DNA of 64,000 nucleotides, from positions 1 through 64,000 of the IMG/VR virus record IMGVR_UViG_3300033121_001944. One strand, written 5' to 3'. The notes under the pieces are model-generated. The model did not search any database. It was not told the DNA's origin and worked only from the letters and a program-made list of their open reading frames with translations. Origin of the DNA: a virus. Taxonomy: Duplodnaviria > Caudoviricetes. Shown here piece after piece: positions 55,646 through 64,000 of the stretch; the first letter of the stretch is position 1; the number at the start of each line of letters is the position of its first letter. Made by a program: the position numbers and the translations under genes.

Positions 55646-57068
55646 GTTTCTTTGCCAATCTCAACTCTTCAGAAAAAGCTACCTCTTCAATATAAGCGCA
55701 GTTACGGCGAGCATCACATGAAATATATTCGCCTGGGGGTAATCCTGGTCCATGCCTGCATACAAGAGGTGCAAGTTTAAAATTCCCACTTTCTATACCG
55801 TCTTCAGCGATTTCTTCCGCCGTTTTGGGTTTAAGGATTGAGAAGTTAGAGCAAAGCCAGATGATGCGATCTGACTGAGATACGGAAGCCACACTCTCTC
55901 GATCAAGCCCCTCGCGATTTAACTGCACAAAGCTAACAATGGGGATGTCGTACATGACCGCAAAAGCATGAAGCTTCGTCATCATAAACCCCATGAGCTG
56001 GTGCTCAGCTAGCTTATTGAGCCCCTCAGAATCCATCAACTTTAAGTAGTCGTAAACAATTACGCATGGGTTAGCTTTCCTATCAGATGTAACGCCCACC
56101 TTCTTAAAGAGCCACCGCCTCATAACGGCAACCTGCTCTTCGAATGAAAAGCCAGAAATACTTTTATAGTCGAGCGACTTACCTTTAGTAGCTAGATCTT
56201 CAGCCGCCTGTAGAACGTTGGAGGCTACCGATTCATCCTGACCAAAGCTCCCAGTCTCAATATCTCTAATAGAAGTTTTAGACTGGCAGGCAGTAAACCT
56301 CATTTGCTGGTCTTGCAGAGTCATTTCCGTGTCCAGATACAGTACTGGCAAACCCAACATGGCAATATTGCGAGACATGTTTAAGGCTAAACCTGACTTA
56401 AATCCCTTAGCGCGGGCTCCGATCATATTAATGGTGCCACCACGTAATCCGCCACCAATTGTAGCGTCCCATCTCTTAAAGCCAGTAGAGATTCCAGGCT
56501 GAGAGACTGGAGAAGCTTTAAGCTCTTGCAAGAGTGCTGTCAAGCCATCAGATAGAGATACGGGATCTTCATCCCTCTGATCAAGAATAGAGGAGAAGTT
56601 AAATACTTGATCTTCTGCAATAGATAAGATTTCGGTGATAGTTTCAGCTCCAGTAATGCCTAGGAGCTGTTCTTGTGCTACCTCCAACTTCTCAAACATT
56701 AGGCGGGCGATTTCCAGCTTGCGAATCTTCTGAGCAAACTTTCTTAGGTTAGCGGTCGAAGACTGAAAATCAATAATCTGCCTAATATGCTTGCTACATT
56801 CACTGCGATTAACGACCTGACCGATACCAAGCTCATGAGCTGCAGCCTGGAATGCCGCTATATCACATCGCTGGATCTTAGTAACCTCATAGCAATGTTT
56901 AATGCATAAATACATTAATTCATTATAACTTTCTCTGAAGCTTGTATTTCTGATAATGTCGCATACATCATAATATGCATCAATGCCGCCATTATAGATA
57001 GCTGAGAGTACAGCTTTTTCTGCCGCTGGGTTACTTAGAGATTCCATTATCGTCCTGTCGTACAACAC
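55623..57068 (-). CDS. dnaB: Replicative DnaB-like helicase
   Basis: AEKAVLS, GISTGF..WD..IGGG.R, GARAKGFKS, YLDTEM, IVYDYLKLM, QLNR, SDRI, RHGP. Confidence 0.9.
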   Translation of the reverse strand: MLYDRTIMESLSNPAAEKAVLSAIYNGGIDAYYDVCDIIRNTSFRESYNELMYLCIKHCYEVTKIQRCDIAAFQAAAHELGIGQVVNRSECSKHIRQIIDFQSSTANLRKFAQKIRKLEIARLMFEKLEVAQEQLLGITGAETITEILSIAEDQVFNFSSILDQRDEDPVSLSDGLTALLQELKASPVSQPGISTGFKRWDATIGGGLRGGTINMIGARAKGFKSGLALNMSRNIAMLGLPVLYLDTEMTLQDQQMRFTACQSKTSIRDIETGSFGQDESVASNVLQAAEDLATKGKSLDYKSISGFSFEEQVAVMRRWLFKKVGVTSDRKANPCVIVYDYLKLMDSEGLNKLAEHQLMGFMMTKLHAFAVMYDIPIVSFVQLNREGLDRESVASVSQSDRIIWLCSNFSILKPKTAEEIAEDGIESGNFKLAPLVCRHGPGLPPGEYISCDARRNCAYIEEVAFSEELRLAKKHGLQQSN

Positions 57069-57508
57069 TTATTACAGTAGTAAGCCGCTTCTTCCGTTTG
57101 TCCAGTTTCGTTACGATTCTTGAAAACTAAACCTCTGTCAATCCGATCCTTTTTTCCACACCGTTTACATTCTACGGTCACTAGGTTATTGGGTCTATCC
57201 CTTTCTGTGGGGGCTCGATTTGCCCACAATTTTTTGTCGGTCTCTACATCCTGCTTATTTGCATGAAAGAGGGGGCTATCTTCAAATTCATTAACATATT
57301 CGCCCTTCTTTCTTTTTTGAGTGGGGCGTGGCTCTTGTTTTTCTTGTGGATCTACAGATCGCTCTTCTTTCTTATAATGCTTACGACGAACCTTCTTTCG
57401 CTCCTCTTTTGCATTATTTCCAGCAATAGCTTGAATTAGCTTCTGCTGCTCTTCTGGGGAGAGTCCCTCGATGAGCTTTAAAATGTCGTCTTGATTATTC
57501 TTTGCCAT
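57047..57508 (-). CDS. Hypothetical protein with C-terminal Zn ribbon
   Basis: CKRC...CNKC. Confidence 0.65.
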   Translation of the reverse strand: MAKNNQDDILKLIEGLSPEEQQKLIQAIAGNNAKEERKKVRRKHYKKEERSVDPQEKQEPRPTQKRKKGEYVNEFEDSPLFHANKQDVETDKKLWANRAPTERDRPNNLVTVECKRCGKKDRIDRGLVFKNRNETGQTEEAAYYCNKCCTTGR

Positions 57509-57971
57509 ATGCGCTCCTCATCAGTAAATCACTTAAATGATCAATAATCTTTGGTAGCCCCTCTAAATCTTGCATACGGATTTCCGCATGATTCTTAATT
57601 CTCAATAATTTAGATGCTGCCACATTCTCTCTAGCAATAGCCGCTATCTTCATTTCATCTTTAAAGATATGACGATAATTTTCCCATTCTCCAGCACAAA
57701 TATTGGAGAGAGAGGCGTTGCAGAATTTTACGCGGGCTCGCTCTCTATTAAAAAGCCGCTGGATATACATGGAGTGCTGAGCAAGTTGCATAGCAATCTC
57801 CTCTCTATCATTGCGGCTTAAAGACTCAATATAATCTCTAGACATATTCCAATATGGAGACATGTCGTGAGAAAAATTTGGGAACTTTAGATTGTGGGCA
57901 TTTTCATATTCGTCAAGAATTTTGTCCAACTGCTCGTCTAAGTTTGTCTGCCCACTGTTCGGCTGATTCAT
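57495..57971 (-). CDS. Hypothetical helical protein
   Basis: 158-aa ORF coupled to its neighbours. Confidence 0.6.
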   Translation of the reverse strand: MNQPNSGQTNLDEQLDKILDEYENAHNLKFPNFSHDMSPYWNMSRDYIESLSRNDREEIAMQLAQHSMYIQRLFNRERARVKFCNASLSNICAGEWENYRHIFKDEMKIAAIARENVAASKLLRIKNHAEIRMQDLEGLPKIIDHLSDLLMRSAYGKE

Positions 57972-58329
57972 TATAAGCTAACTCCACATACCTAAATTCG
58001 TTAATCTCACACCACTCTTTTTTCAGCTCATCATTTAGTTTAGCTCTTCCGAATCGGTGCTTGTGACCGTGAAAATGGGGCACAAACTCATAATGCTGCT
58101 GTCCATGCACTTCAATAACCAAACATAATGTCGGAACATAAATATCTAGATAGAGATTTAGCCCCTTTTTAACTCTAACTGCTACTTCATCAATTGTAGC
58201 CATCCGTGGGAAAACTTCCTTCAACACTTCCTTAGCCTGTTGATGGAGCTTCGATTTTTCCCTAGTCTTACATTTTTTCTTTGAAATCTTCAGATCGTAA
58301 ATGTTGCCATCAAGATCTTTAACTTCCAA
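57913..58329 (-). CDS. Vsr/DUF559-like endonuclease
   Basis: SKLH, LDIY.P....IEVHGQQHY, D..K..WC..N. Confidence 0.75.
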   Translation of the reverse strand: MEVKDLDGNIYDLKISKKKCKTREKSKLHQQAKEVLKEVFPRMATIDEVAVRVKKGLNLYLDIYVPTLCLVIEVHGQQHYEFVPHFHGHKHRFGRAKLNDELKKEWCEINEFRYVELAYNESAEQWADKLRRAVGQNS

Positions 58330-59305
58330 GGCGTGCCTTCACTTCCTCTATGATAGCTTGAGCGATTGCGGGGTCTTCACGCATTTTTTCTATGAATTTT
58401 AGGTCACCTTGAGCCTTAAACTCGCCGAAGGAATACCATGACCCCTTCTTAGTAACGACTCCGGTATGTTCGCCCTGAGCTAAATCGAACCATTCAGCCA
58501 TCTCATCTATACCAATGCCGTAGCGTAACCGACCGTCAATTGCTTGACCTGGAGGACCTAAGGCGGAGTTTTCGCACTCCCAATGGATTAGCTGACCTAT
58601 TTGCTTTTTATTCGTGCCATCCACCTCTTCCCATGGAGAAGCCCATTTAGCCCACAACTTAAAGGAGTTTGCGTACTGGATCTTATTTCCTGAAGTCTCA
58701 GCTTTAGTAGCGTGACCGGGTCCAGTATTGGCGATATCGTGGGTAATGCCAATGCAGATATTGTCCGTAATATTTAAAATGGGTAAAGCTCTTTTACAGA
58801 ACTTAGATAGTGTTAATGGCATAGAATCTCTCGTTCTCTCAGTGATATCGCCTATCGTGTTATCTTCAGACAACAACTGAGAAAAAGAGTCAAAGTATAC
58901 TACACATTTTTCGTATTGTTGTAACTTTAAAAGCCCAATAGCAACGAATTCTTCTCCTGAAAGTGGGGCGCTAGCATCATTTGACTGAATCACCTCAAAT
59001 TTCTCTGGAGATAGGTCTAGTCCAGGAATGGACTCTAGGTCGCGACGGGTAAGGCGTGCCTCAATGTTAAGGTATACAATCCTATACCCCTGCTCTTGAG
59101 CTTTCTTGGCAAAGTGCAGACAGGTGGTGGTCTTTCCAGCCTTATACTTACCACGAATGATAACTAAGCTTCCAGCCTGGATACCGCCCCCCAACATAGC
59201 GTCAATGGCAGGGCTTACAGAAATTAACGTTCGTTCCCTATCAATGATAGAAGCCGCACTAATTGTGGACTCTTCTACTCTCTTATATAATTTGTCTTTA
59301 CTCAT
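58319..59305 (-). CDS. recA: RecA/UvsX-like recombinase
   Basis: SP.ID..LGGGI..G....I.G..KAGKTT, Y..IE.RL, V.FDS, GG/GNKIQY... Confidence 0.88.
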   Translation of the reverse strand: MSKDKLYKRVEESTISAASIIDRERTLISVSPAIDAMLGGGIQAGSLVIIRGKYKAGKTTTCLHFAKKAQEQGYRIVYLNIEARLTRRDLESIPGLDLSPEKFEVIQSNDASAPLSGEEFVAIGLLKLQQYEKCVVYFDSFSQLLSEDNTIGDITERTRDSMPLTLSKFCKRALPILNITDNICIGITHDIANTGPGHATKAETSGNKIQYANSFKLWAKWASPWEEVDGTNKKQIGQLIHWECENSALGPPGQAIDGRLRYGIGIDEMAEWFDLAQGEHTGVVTKKGSWYSFGEFKAQGDLKFIEKMREDPAIAQAIIEEVKARLGS

Positions 59306-59759
59306 CTAAATTACTCAGTTTGCTCTTTCTATTAAATCTGCCTTGAGATGGTTGTTCAGCCACCTTAATATCCTTCTTCTCTATAGCGGAAGCCCTATTA
59401 TTTACTTCGATCATTTTCTTTTCAAGGGCTTGTAATCGAAGAGAAAAGGCGTATGGAATCTCTTTGACGGCTGTAAGAATTACCTGCTCAGTATACTTTC
59501 TTACTAACTTATTAGCTAATAAGACCTGCATGGTAAAATACTGCTTCCATTCCTTGGAAGTTTCCCAGAACTGGTGAGGAAGGTCAATGTTATCAGCCTT
59601 TGCCTTCCTTCCACACATCATTTCAGCGAGATATTGAGCGAACGTTACAAATTTATCAGGAGAATATATGGACGGATAGCTACTTTTTTCTGTTTGGCGA
59701 TTGGACATGGAAGACATAATCCGGTTGGTGTGCTCTTGCTCGTGCCTGTAAACTCTCAC
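59298..59759 (-). CDS. Hypothetical protein
   Basis: ORF in operon; start uncertain. Confidence 0.6.
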   Translation of the reverse strand: MRVYRHEQEHTNRIMSSMSNRQTEKSSYPSIYSPDKFVTFAQYLAEMMCGRKAKADNIDLPHQFWETSKEWKQYFTMQVLLANKLVRKYTEQVILTAVKEIPYAFSLRLQALEKKMIEVNNRASAIEKKDIKVAEQPSQGRFNRKSKLSNLDE

Positions 59760-60270
59760 CTTTAGTAGAGGCGCCTTCGGTCATGACCGCTACGCCCTTT
59801 TCCCCGGACACTCCCTGCCTGATCATCAATTCGCGAGCGCCCACATTCCGCATCGCTTCATTGTAAATCTCGCTAACTTCAGCCGACCGCCCCTTAAATT
59901 TTTGCAGCGCTTTCTCAATCAGACGAAGAGCGTCTTCACCATGAATGCCAGCCTGACTCATTTTAGATAAGACTGCGTGATGATCGTAAGTAACATTATA
60001 GTCTTTAAGAGCTTTCTTCGTCTCTGTGTAAGCCTGCGTTTCTTTCCGTTTGGGGGCTGGCTCTTCTCGTGAGTTGTCAACTAGCTCTTTAAAGAATTTA
60101 GTTTTCTGCTCTTCCTCAAAGGTCTTAAGAAAGCTCTCAAGAAAGAGTTCTACAGAGCGGGAACTGTCGCTTCGCCCAACAGCCTCCTTAATCTCCTCGG
60201 TAGAAGCTCCAAGAAAGTGCATTCCAATGACAGTATACTTTTCCGTAAGTTTTAGTGGTCCTTTACTCAT
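59680..60270 (-). CDS. Hypothetical protein (possible HTH)
   Basis: 196-aa ORF in operon. Confidence 0.6.
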   Translation of the reverse strand: MSKGPLKLTEKYTVIGMHFLGASTEEIKEAVGRSDSSRSVELFLESFLKTFEEEQKTKFFKELVDNSREEPAPKRKETQAYTETKKALKDYNVTYDHHAVLSKMSQAGIHGEDALRLIEKALQKFKGRSAEVSEIYNEAMRNVGARELMIRQGVSGEKGVAVMTEGASTKGESLQARARAHQPDYVFHVQSPNRKK

Positions 60271-60695
60271 TAGGCGCTCCCCAAATCACGTCGTGCAATA
60301 ATTAAAAAGTTTTGATTTCTAGTTTTTAAAAAGTGAGCATAATGACAAAAGGTCGTATACGCCACATTTGTATATTTCCAAACCGGAAGATTATTTTCCT
60401 GCCTGGAAGATGATGAAAGATGGTTGGTGTCAATAGGATTAAATAATTCACCGTTTCTATTGATCTTTAAATAATATCGGTGACCAACCTTTTTTGCACA
60501 TGCAGTCTTGCGAGATTCAGCCTTTACCTTGGCTGAGTCGTAGATTGCCGGAATGTCATCATGCATATAATCATGCTCTCCACGAATGGTGAACACCACT
60601 TCTCTAACTGGCTTGTAATCAACAACCCCCTCTAGCTCTTTTTCCTTCTTTGGGGTGAAGACTGAAGATTCTACATCTTTAATGTTCAATCTCAT
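60270..60695 (-). CDS. Hypothetical protein
   Basis: 141-aa ORF in operon. Confidence 0.6.
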   Translation of the reverse strand: MRLNIKDVESSVFTPKKEKELEGVVDYKPVREVVFTIRGEHDYMHDDIPAIYDSAKVKAESRKTACAKKVGHRYYLKINRNGELFNPIDTNHLSSSSRQENNLPVWKYTNVAYTTFCHYAHFLKTRNQNFLIIARRDLGSA

Positions 60696-60951
60696 ATTTA
60701 TCTTTCTTTTTCGGGTTCAGTGAATCTTGAATATCAGTTTTTTGATCTTCTGTCATCTTTTTTGAATTTTTATCAGCAAATGAGCCTAGCGTTTTTTGAG
60801 GCTCAATAAATCTTACTTTATCAGCTACGTAATCCCTTACCATTTTTTCCAAACATTGCGGGCAAAACTCCGGCTCTCCAGCCTTAGCCATCTCTTTAGA
60901 GATCTCAAAAGAAACTTCGCAATGCTCGCAGTTATATGTGTAAAGCGGCAT
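60679..60951 (-). CDS. FmdB-family Zn ribbon protein
   Basis: MPLYTYNCEHC...FE.........CPQC. Confidence 0.8.
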   Translation of the reverse strand: MPLYTYNCEHCEVSFEISKEMAKAGEPEFCPQCLEKMVRDYVADKVRFIEPQKTLGSFADKNSKKMTEDQKTDIQDSLNPKKKDKYEIEH

Positions 60952-61364
60952 TAAGTTGTAGCCTTTTTTGGAGTAAAGAGCCAGTTGCCAAGCTTCATTA
61001 CATTATAAAATAGCATTAGGAGACCAAAAACTGCAAACCCTAATACTGTATTGATAATTCTCTTATCGTTATTCTTAAAGAAATCAGCTACTTGCACAAG
61101 CCCCCCATGAGCTACAATAATTTGCTGAGTATTGTTTTGAATGCCCAACAAGTTAATATTAATCTGGTTGATTCGCTCTCTAATATTTAGAATATTTTCT
61201 CCGAGAGCTTTTTGTTCAACTAGCAAGGCATTTTGCCGCTCACTGCACTCTCTTAGAGCGTCCAAGAGTGGTTGAGCTTGAGTTGCATTAACAACTTCTG
61301 GCTCTTGAGCGGAGGCGGTTAGCGGCAAAGCAAGGAAGCAAATCAATAGAATCTTCTTAATCAT
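60951..61364 (-). CDS. Exported coiled-coil protein with signal peptide and C-terminal TM anchor
   Basis: MIKKILLICFLALPLTASA-Q signal; TVLGFAVFGLLMLFYNV TM; the ATG overlaps the upstream stop (the track start is 61433). Confidence 0.65.
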   Translation of the reverse strand: MIKKILLICFLALPLTASAQEPEVVNATQAQPLLDALRECSERQNALLVEQKALGENILNIRERINQININLLGIQNNTQQIIVAHGGLVQVADFFKNNDKRIINTVLGFAVFGLLMLFYNVMKLGNWLFTPKKATT

Positions 61365-61779
61365 TTCTCTTATCTTTTCTAAAAATCTTAGCGGCTCCTC
61401 GCGTAATTCCTGTCTGCGCGTTATAACCAACATTAACCATGTTCTGGAAGCCGTAACCGGTCTTATTATATACTACAATACCGTCTTTTTGAAGCCTAAT
61501 TACTTGATACTCGCCAGATTCTCCCATGGGGATCATCTCGCCTTGAGGATTAACCCACGTATCACTGTTCTCGATATAGATCAGATCTCCTGGCTTAAGA
61601 TCTTCCCATGAAACCTCCTTATATAGCTTAGACTTTTTAGGGGGTCGAATAATATAAAAGATATGCCCACATTCGCACCTCTTTGTGGATGCGGGCAATC
61701 TCATTCCGCATGGGCAATCCTTATACCCACGTCCTCGATCAATGTCAGGACAATCCTTGTGACCAATCGCTTTATCCAT
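61357..61779 (-). CDS. Hypothetical protein with Zn ribbon and SH3-like domain
   Basis: CPCG...CECG; W.DLKPGD.I. Confidence 0.6.
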   Translation of the reverse strand: MDKAIGHKDCPDIDRGRGYKDCPCGMRLPASTKRCECGHIFYIIRPPKKSKLYKEVSWEDLKPGDLIYIENSDTWVNPQGEMIPMGESGEYQVIRLQKDGIVVYNKTGYGFQNMVNVGYNAQTGITRGAAKIFRKDKRND

Positions 61780-61783
61780 TCTC

Positions 61784-62482
61784 TCACTTTATATTTTGGA
61801 TTTTAGTGCAGATACGATAGATATGCTTATTACGCTGAATATCCTCTTCAGTCATTCTCACCTTGGCGACTTCTTCATCTTCCAATTGATCAAACATTTT
61901 AGCAAAAAAACATTGACCGTCAGGAACCTGATTCCGATCTCCAATCATGACCAATTTAGACTCTCGATCCATTCGGCTCAAAAAGAGTAAGATATCGTCC
62001 TTAGACGATTCCTGCACTTCCTCAGCGACTACGAAAGTTCTACGAAAAGAACGCCCGCGAATAATTGAGGCGGAAGTTAGTTCAATTACGTGAGACTTCC
62101 AGTATTTATCAAATTCCGCAGGACCTAAAAATTCCTTAAAGTATTCAGCGACTTGATCAAATAAGGCAAAGCCCTTCTCTTCCCAAGTTCCTGGAGCGAA
62201 ACCAAATTCTTTAATGAGGTGGCGGGAATTCCTGACGAATACGATCTTATCTACTTTACCACCAAGCAGATATTGGCAAGCCATACCTACTGCGATAAAC
62301 GTTTTGCCGGTTCCCCAAGGACTGTCGCATAGAATAAAGTCCTTCTCGTTAATAGCCTGAATAAAATCCTTTTGATTGGTAGTTCGCCCAACCACTTGTT
62401 TAAATTTGCTGGTCAAAGATGCATCTTTCGCTGATAAGTTATTTAAGAGTTTCTCGTAGCTTTTCCAGGACAACATCATCAA
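61784..62482 (-). CDS. phoH: PhoH-like ATPase
   Basis: T.NQ..F, GTGKTF.A, GFAPG...EK, RGRSF, EEVQ, LSRM...SK.V.IGD..Q. Confidence 0.88.
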   Translation of the reverse strand: MMMLSWKSYEKLLNNLSAKDASLTSKFKQVVGRTTNQKDFIQAINEKDFILCDSPWGTGKTFIAVGMACQYLLGGKVDKIVFVRNSRHLIKEFGFAPGTWEEKGFALFDQVAEYFKEFLGPAEFDKYWKSHVIELTSASIIRGRSFRRTFVVAEEVQESSKDDILLFLSRMDRESKLVMIGDRNQVPDGQCFFAKMFDQLEDEEVAKVRMTEEDIQRNKHIYRICTKIQNIK

Positions 62483-62621
62483 TATTATCTAGATTAATAT
62501 TTAATTTCCGAAACTCAGCGTAACCTATAAGCATTAAAATGACCCCCGCTGTTAACTGAAGATTTGCGGTACCAGCGAGTAAAGCACCGACGACGAACAG
62601 AGCGATAAATGCGAGTTTCAT
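62439..62621 (-). CDS. Small two-TM membrane protein
   Basis: GGAGG SD; hydrophobic N-terminal 35 aa, charged tail. Confidence 0.6.
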   Translation of the reverse strand: MKLAFIALFVVGALLAGTANLQLTAGVILMLIGYAEFRKLNINLDNIDDVVLEKLRETLK

Positions 62622-62633
62622 AAAACCCCTCCC

Positions 62634-63197
62634 CTAAAGTATACACCGGGCTTTTTGAAAAGCTAGTAGAAATTCTTTGTAAGCTTTTTTGGGCTCCCAA
62701 CAATTAATTGTAACATTGAGAGTAGCTACATTCTCGTGAATTAGATATCCGCGTAACTTTAAGGATTCAGCATTCACCATCATTTTATCGATTTGCTTTA
62801 CAAGTGGGTGGGAGAGATCTATGGGGAGATCAAGACCTTCCAGCATTACCTTGCTAATCCGGTTCTCCAGCTCGCCTATTGTTACAATTTCTCCGTTTGG
62901 CGGTAGAGCAACAGCATAATTTGCTTTACATGGTTTGACGTGGTCAATTGCGGTTAACCCCTCACATCCATCATGAATTAGGCAAGCCATTTGGACTTTT
63001 GGGTCTTTTGTGAGTCCCAAGCTAGCTTGCCAGCATAAGACTGAATGTTCAGCCGTACTGTAAAAATCCTCAAGATGCCCGCCAAACCTACAAGTATTGG
63101 ATAGGCTTTTGGCTATATCCTTAATTTCAATATCAGAGGGGGATAACGCTAACGGGCAGATGACCTTACCAGTGTAGGTCCGAATTAAGGGCTTCAT
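62634..63197 (-). CDS. HD-domain 5'-deoxynucleotidase (YfbR/YfdR-like)
   Basis: TYTGK, DIA.SLS..CRFGGH...FYS.AEHS, LIHD..E. Confidence 0.85.
   Translation of the reverse strand: MKPLIRTYTGKVICPLALSPSDIEIKDIAKSLSNTCRFGGHLEDFYSTAEHSVLCWQASLGLTKDPKVQMACLIHDGCEGLTAIDHVKPCKANYAVALPPNGEIVTIGELENRISKVMLEGLDLPIDLSHPLVKQIDKMMVNAESLKLRGYLIHENVATLNVTINCWEPKKAYKEFLLAFQKARCIL
62636..62647 (-). promoter_or_regulatory. Putative late promoter GGTGTAT-ACTTT on the minus strand
   Basis: Same motif, overlapping the last codons of the HD gene, followed by GGAGG and ATG 62621. Confidence 0.5.
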
Positions 63198-63619
63198 AGG
63201 AAACCAATACTAAAAGGAGGTGAAATATGATTAACAGGCTCAATACATCCTCTGGCTATTCCAGCTTTTCCTTCTTGGAAATACTGCTTTTGCATACCCA
63301 ATACAAGATAACCTGCCCCGCGAGGAACCTTTCCCCCTAATGATTGCCAATAATCTATCATATTTGGTATTCTGCATATTTTATACATCGCACCATTTTT
63401 AGAGATATGAAAGTATGGCTCATTTTTTACGCACTCTGGAAACAGCTCAACAGGGGCAAGAATGGGTCCAAGATTATAGTTTAAGGCATGTCTAAAATAA
63501 GGGGCAACGGTTTTTAAATTAACTGGACGCTCATAACCTATATGTGGCTCGTGAACCTTTAAAAAAGCATATAGCTCTTCATTATAACATTTTCTTATGA
63601 TTGCATCTAAACCGTACAT
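63194..63619 (-). CDS. Hypothetical protein
   Basis: 141-aa ORF with GAGG SD. Confidence 0.6.
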   Translation of the reverse strand: MYGLDAIIRKCYNEELYAFLKVHEPHIGYERPVNLKTVAPYFRHALNYNLGPILAPVELFPECVKNEPYFHISKNGAMYKICRIPNMIDYWQSLGGKVPRGAGYLVLGMQKQYFQEGKAGIARGCIEPVNHISPPFSIGFL

Positions 63620-63624
63620 ATACC

Positions 63625-63774
63625 TCAGAGGATACAGCTAAACATGCTAAATCCTACTAGAAGTATAGACAACAAAATAGATAAAATCAAGGCTCCAACC
63701 AGCGTTTTTATTAATCTGGGAAAAAACCACAAACAGAAGAAGCTGATTATAAAAAGGAGCGGCAGGCTAAGCAT
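63625..63774 (-). CDS. 49-aa two-TM hydrophobic protein (MLSLPLLFIISFFCLWFFPRLIKTLVGALILS...)
   Basis: The ATG overlaps the thyX end; TGA at 63625-63627; fills the gap; not in the ORF track. Confidence 0.6.
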   Translation of the reverse strand: MLSLPLLFIISFFCLWFFPRLIKTLVGALILSILLSILLVGFSMFSCIL

Positions 63775-64000
63775 TCAGCTCTTCCCAAATCTTCATCGTT
63801 TCCGGATAAAGCCCCATCATAATCTCTTTCATAGCCCAGGCAACCCGCTGAATTTCCCATTGGGCGTGTGGATGAAGGCGGAGTTTTAGAAAATGACAGG
63901 CATTATGCAAGCTGACCGTTCCATAGTACTGAGTGTACAGATTTTGTGGAAGAATCATGCGAGCCATTTCGCGGGCTACGCCAGCCTCAATCATTCGCTG
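63767..64000 (-). CDS. thyX: Flavin-dependent thymidylate synthase, C-terminal part (truncated by window)
   Basis: GVAREMARMILP...T......SLHN..HFL.LR...HAQWEI. Confidence 0.92.
   Translation of the reverse strand, partial: QRMIEAGVAREMARMILPQNLYTQYYGTVSLHNACHFLKLRLHPHAQWEIQRVAWAMKEIMMGLYPETMKIWEELNA

Larger units (their letters stand above)
1..64000. other. Segment of a large tailed dsDNA bacteriophage genome (siphovirus-like)
   Basis: TerL, portal, protease, MCP, tail tube and tape measure lie on +. DnaE, DnaB, primase, RecA and ThyX lie on -. Gene packing is dense and there are no bacterial housekeeping operons. Confidence 0.97.

Noticed and set aside
61700-61770. Short KDCP duplication in gp61357
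   Set aside because: Only ~10 bp of similarity; likely a trivial local duplication.
62634-63197. DatZ / 2-aminoadenine (Z) genome system
   Set aside because: The HD protein looks YfbR/YfdR-like; no PurZ or MazZ is in the window and the polymerase is DnaE rather than DpoZ.
19-63889. Many antisense or alternate-frame ORFs in the track (e.g. 19-258, 105-383, 702-911, 1584-2270, 20638-21096, 63644-63889)
   Set aside because: They are shadows of well-supported genes or of the G/S/T-rich repeats, with no SD or motif support.
1-64000. Stop-codon reassignment (alternative genetic code)
   Set aside because: Long intact ORFs and tight coupling under the standard code; TAA, TAG and TGA all end genes cleanly.

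Overview
A 64-kb segment of a large dsDNA tailed phage (Caudoviricetes). It is siphovirus-like: a 1730-aa tape measure is present and no sheath gene was recognised. The host cannot be determined from the sequence. Positions 1-780 hold a leftward early-type unit: an extended -10 promoter, a 27-aa membrane peptide, a densely structured RNA-like stretch and a truncated ORF. Positions 1077-42373 (+) are the late/morphogenesis arm: clan GH-A-like hydrolase, phage sigma factor, putative TerS, Gmd, ERCC4 nuclease, TerL, tailspike, portal, modular fibre genes, protease with nested scaffold, decoration protein, major capsid, neck, tail tube, chaperones, tape measure and tail tip. Positions 42345-64000 (-) are the replication/metabolism arm: SSAP, homing endonuclease, a cluster of up to five glycosyltransferase-like genes, a DnaE split into two genes around a DnaQ exonuclease, SSB, Cas4-like nuclease, dNMP kinase, primase, DnaB, RecA, PhoH, HD nucleotidase and ThyX. 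The most notable items are (1) the intein-less split DnaE, (2) a sigma factor plus a recurrent GGTGTA(T/A) late-promoter motif, (3) a candidate structured ncRNA, (4) a Gmd plus glycosyltransferase glycosylation system, (5) Cys-rich, module-shuffled virion proteins and (6) apparent avoidance of GGCC. All product calls come from motif recognition by eye; no searches were run.
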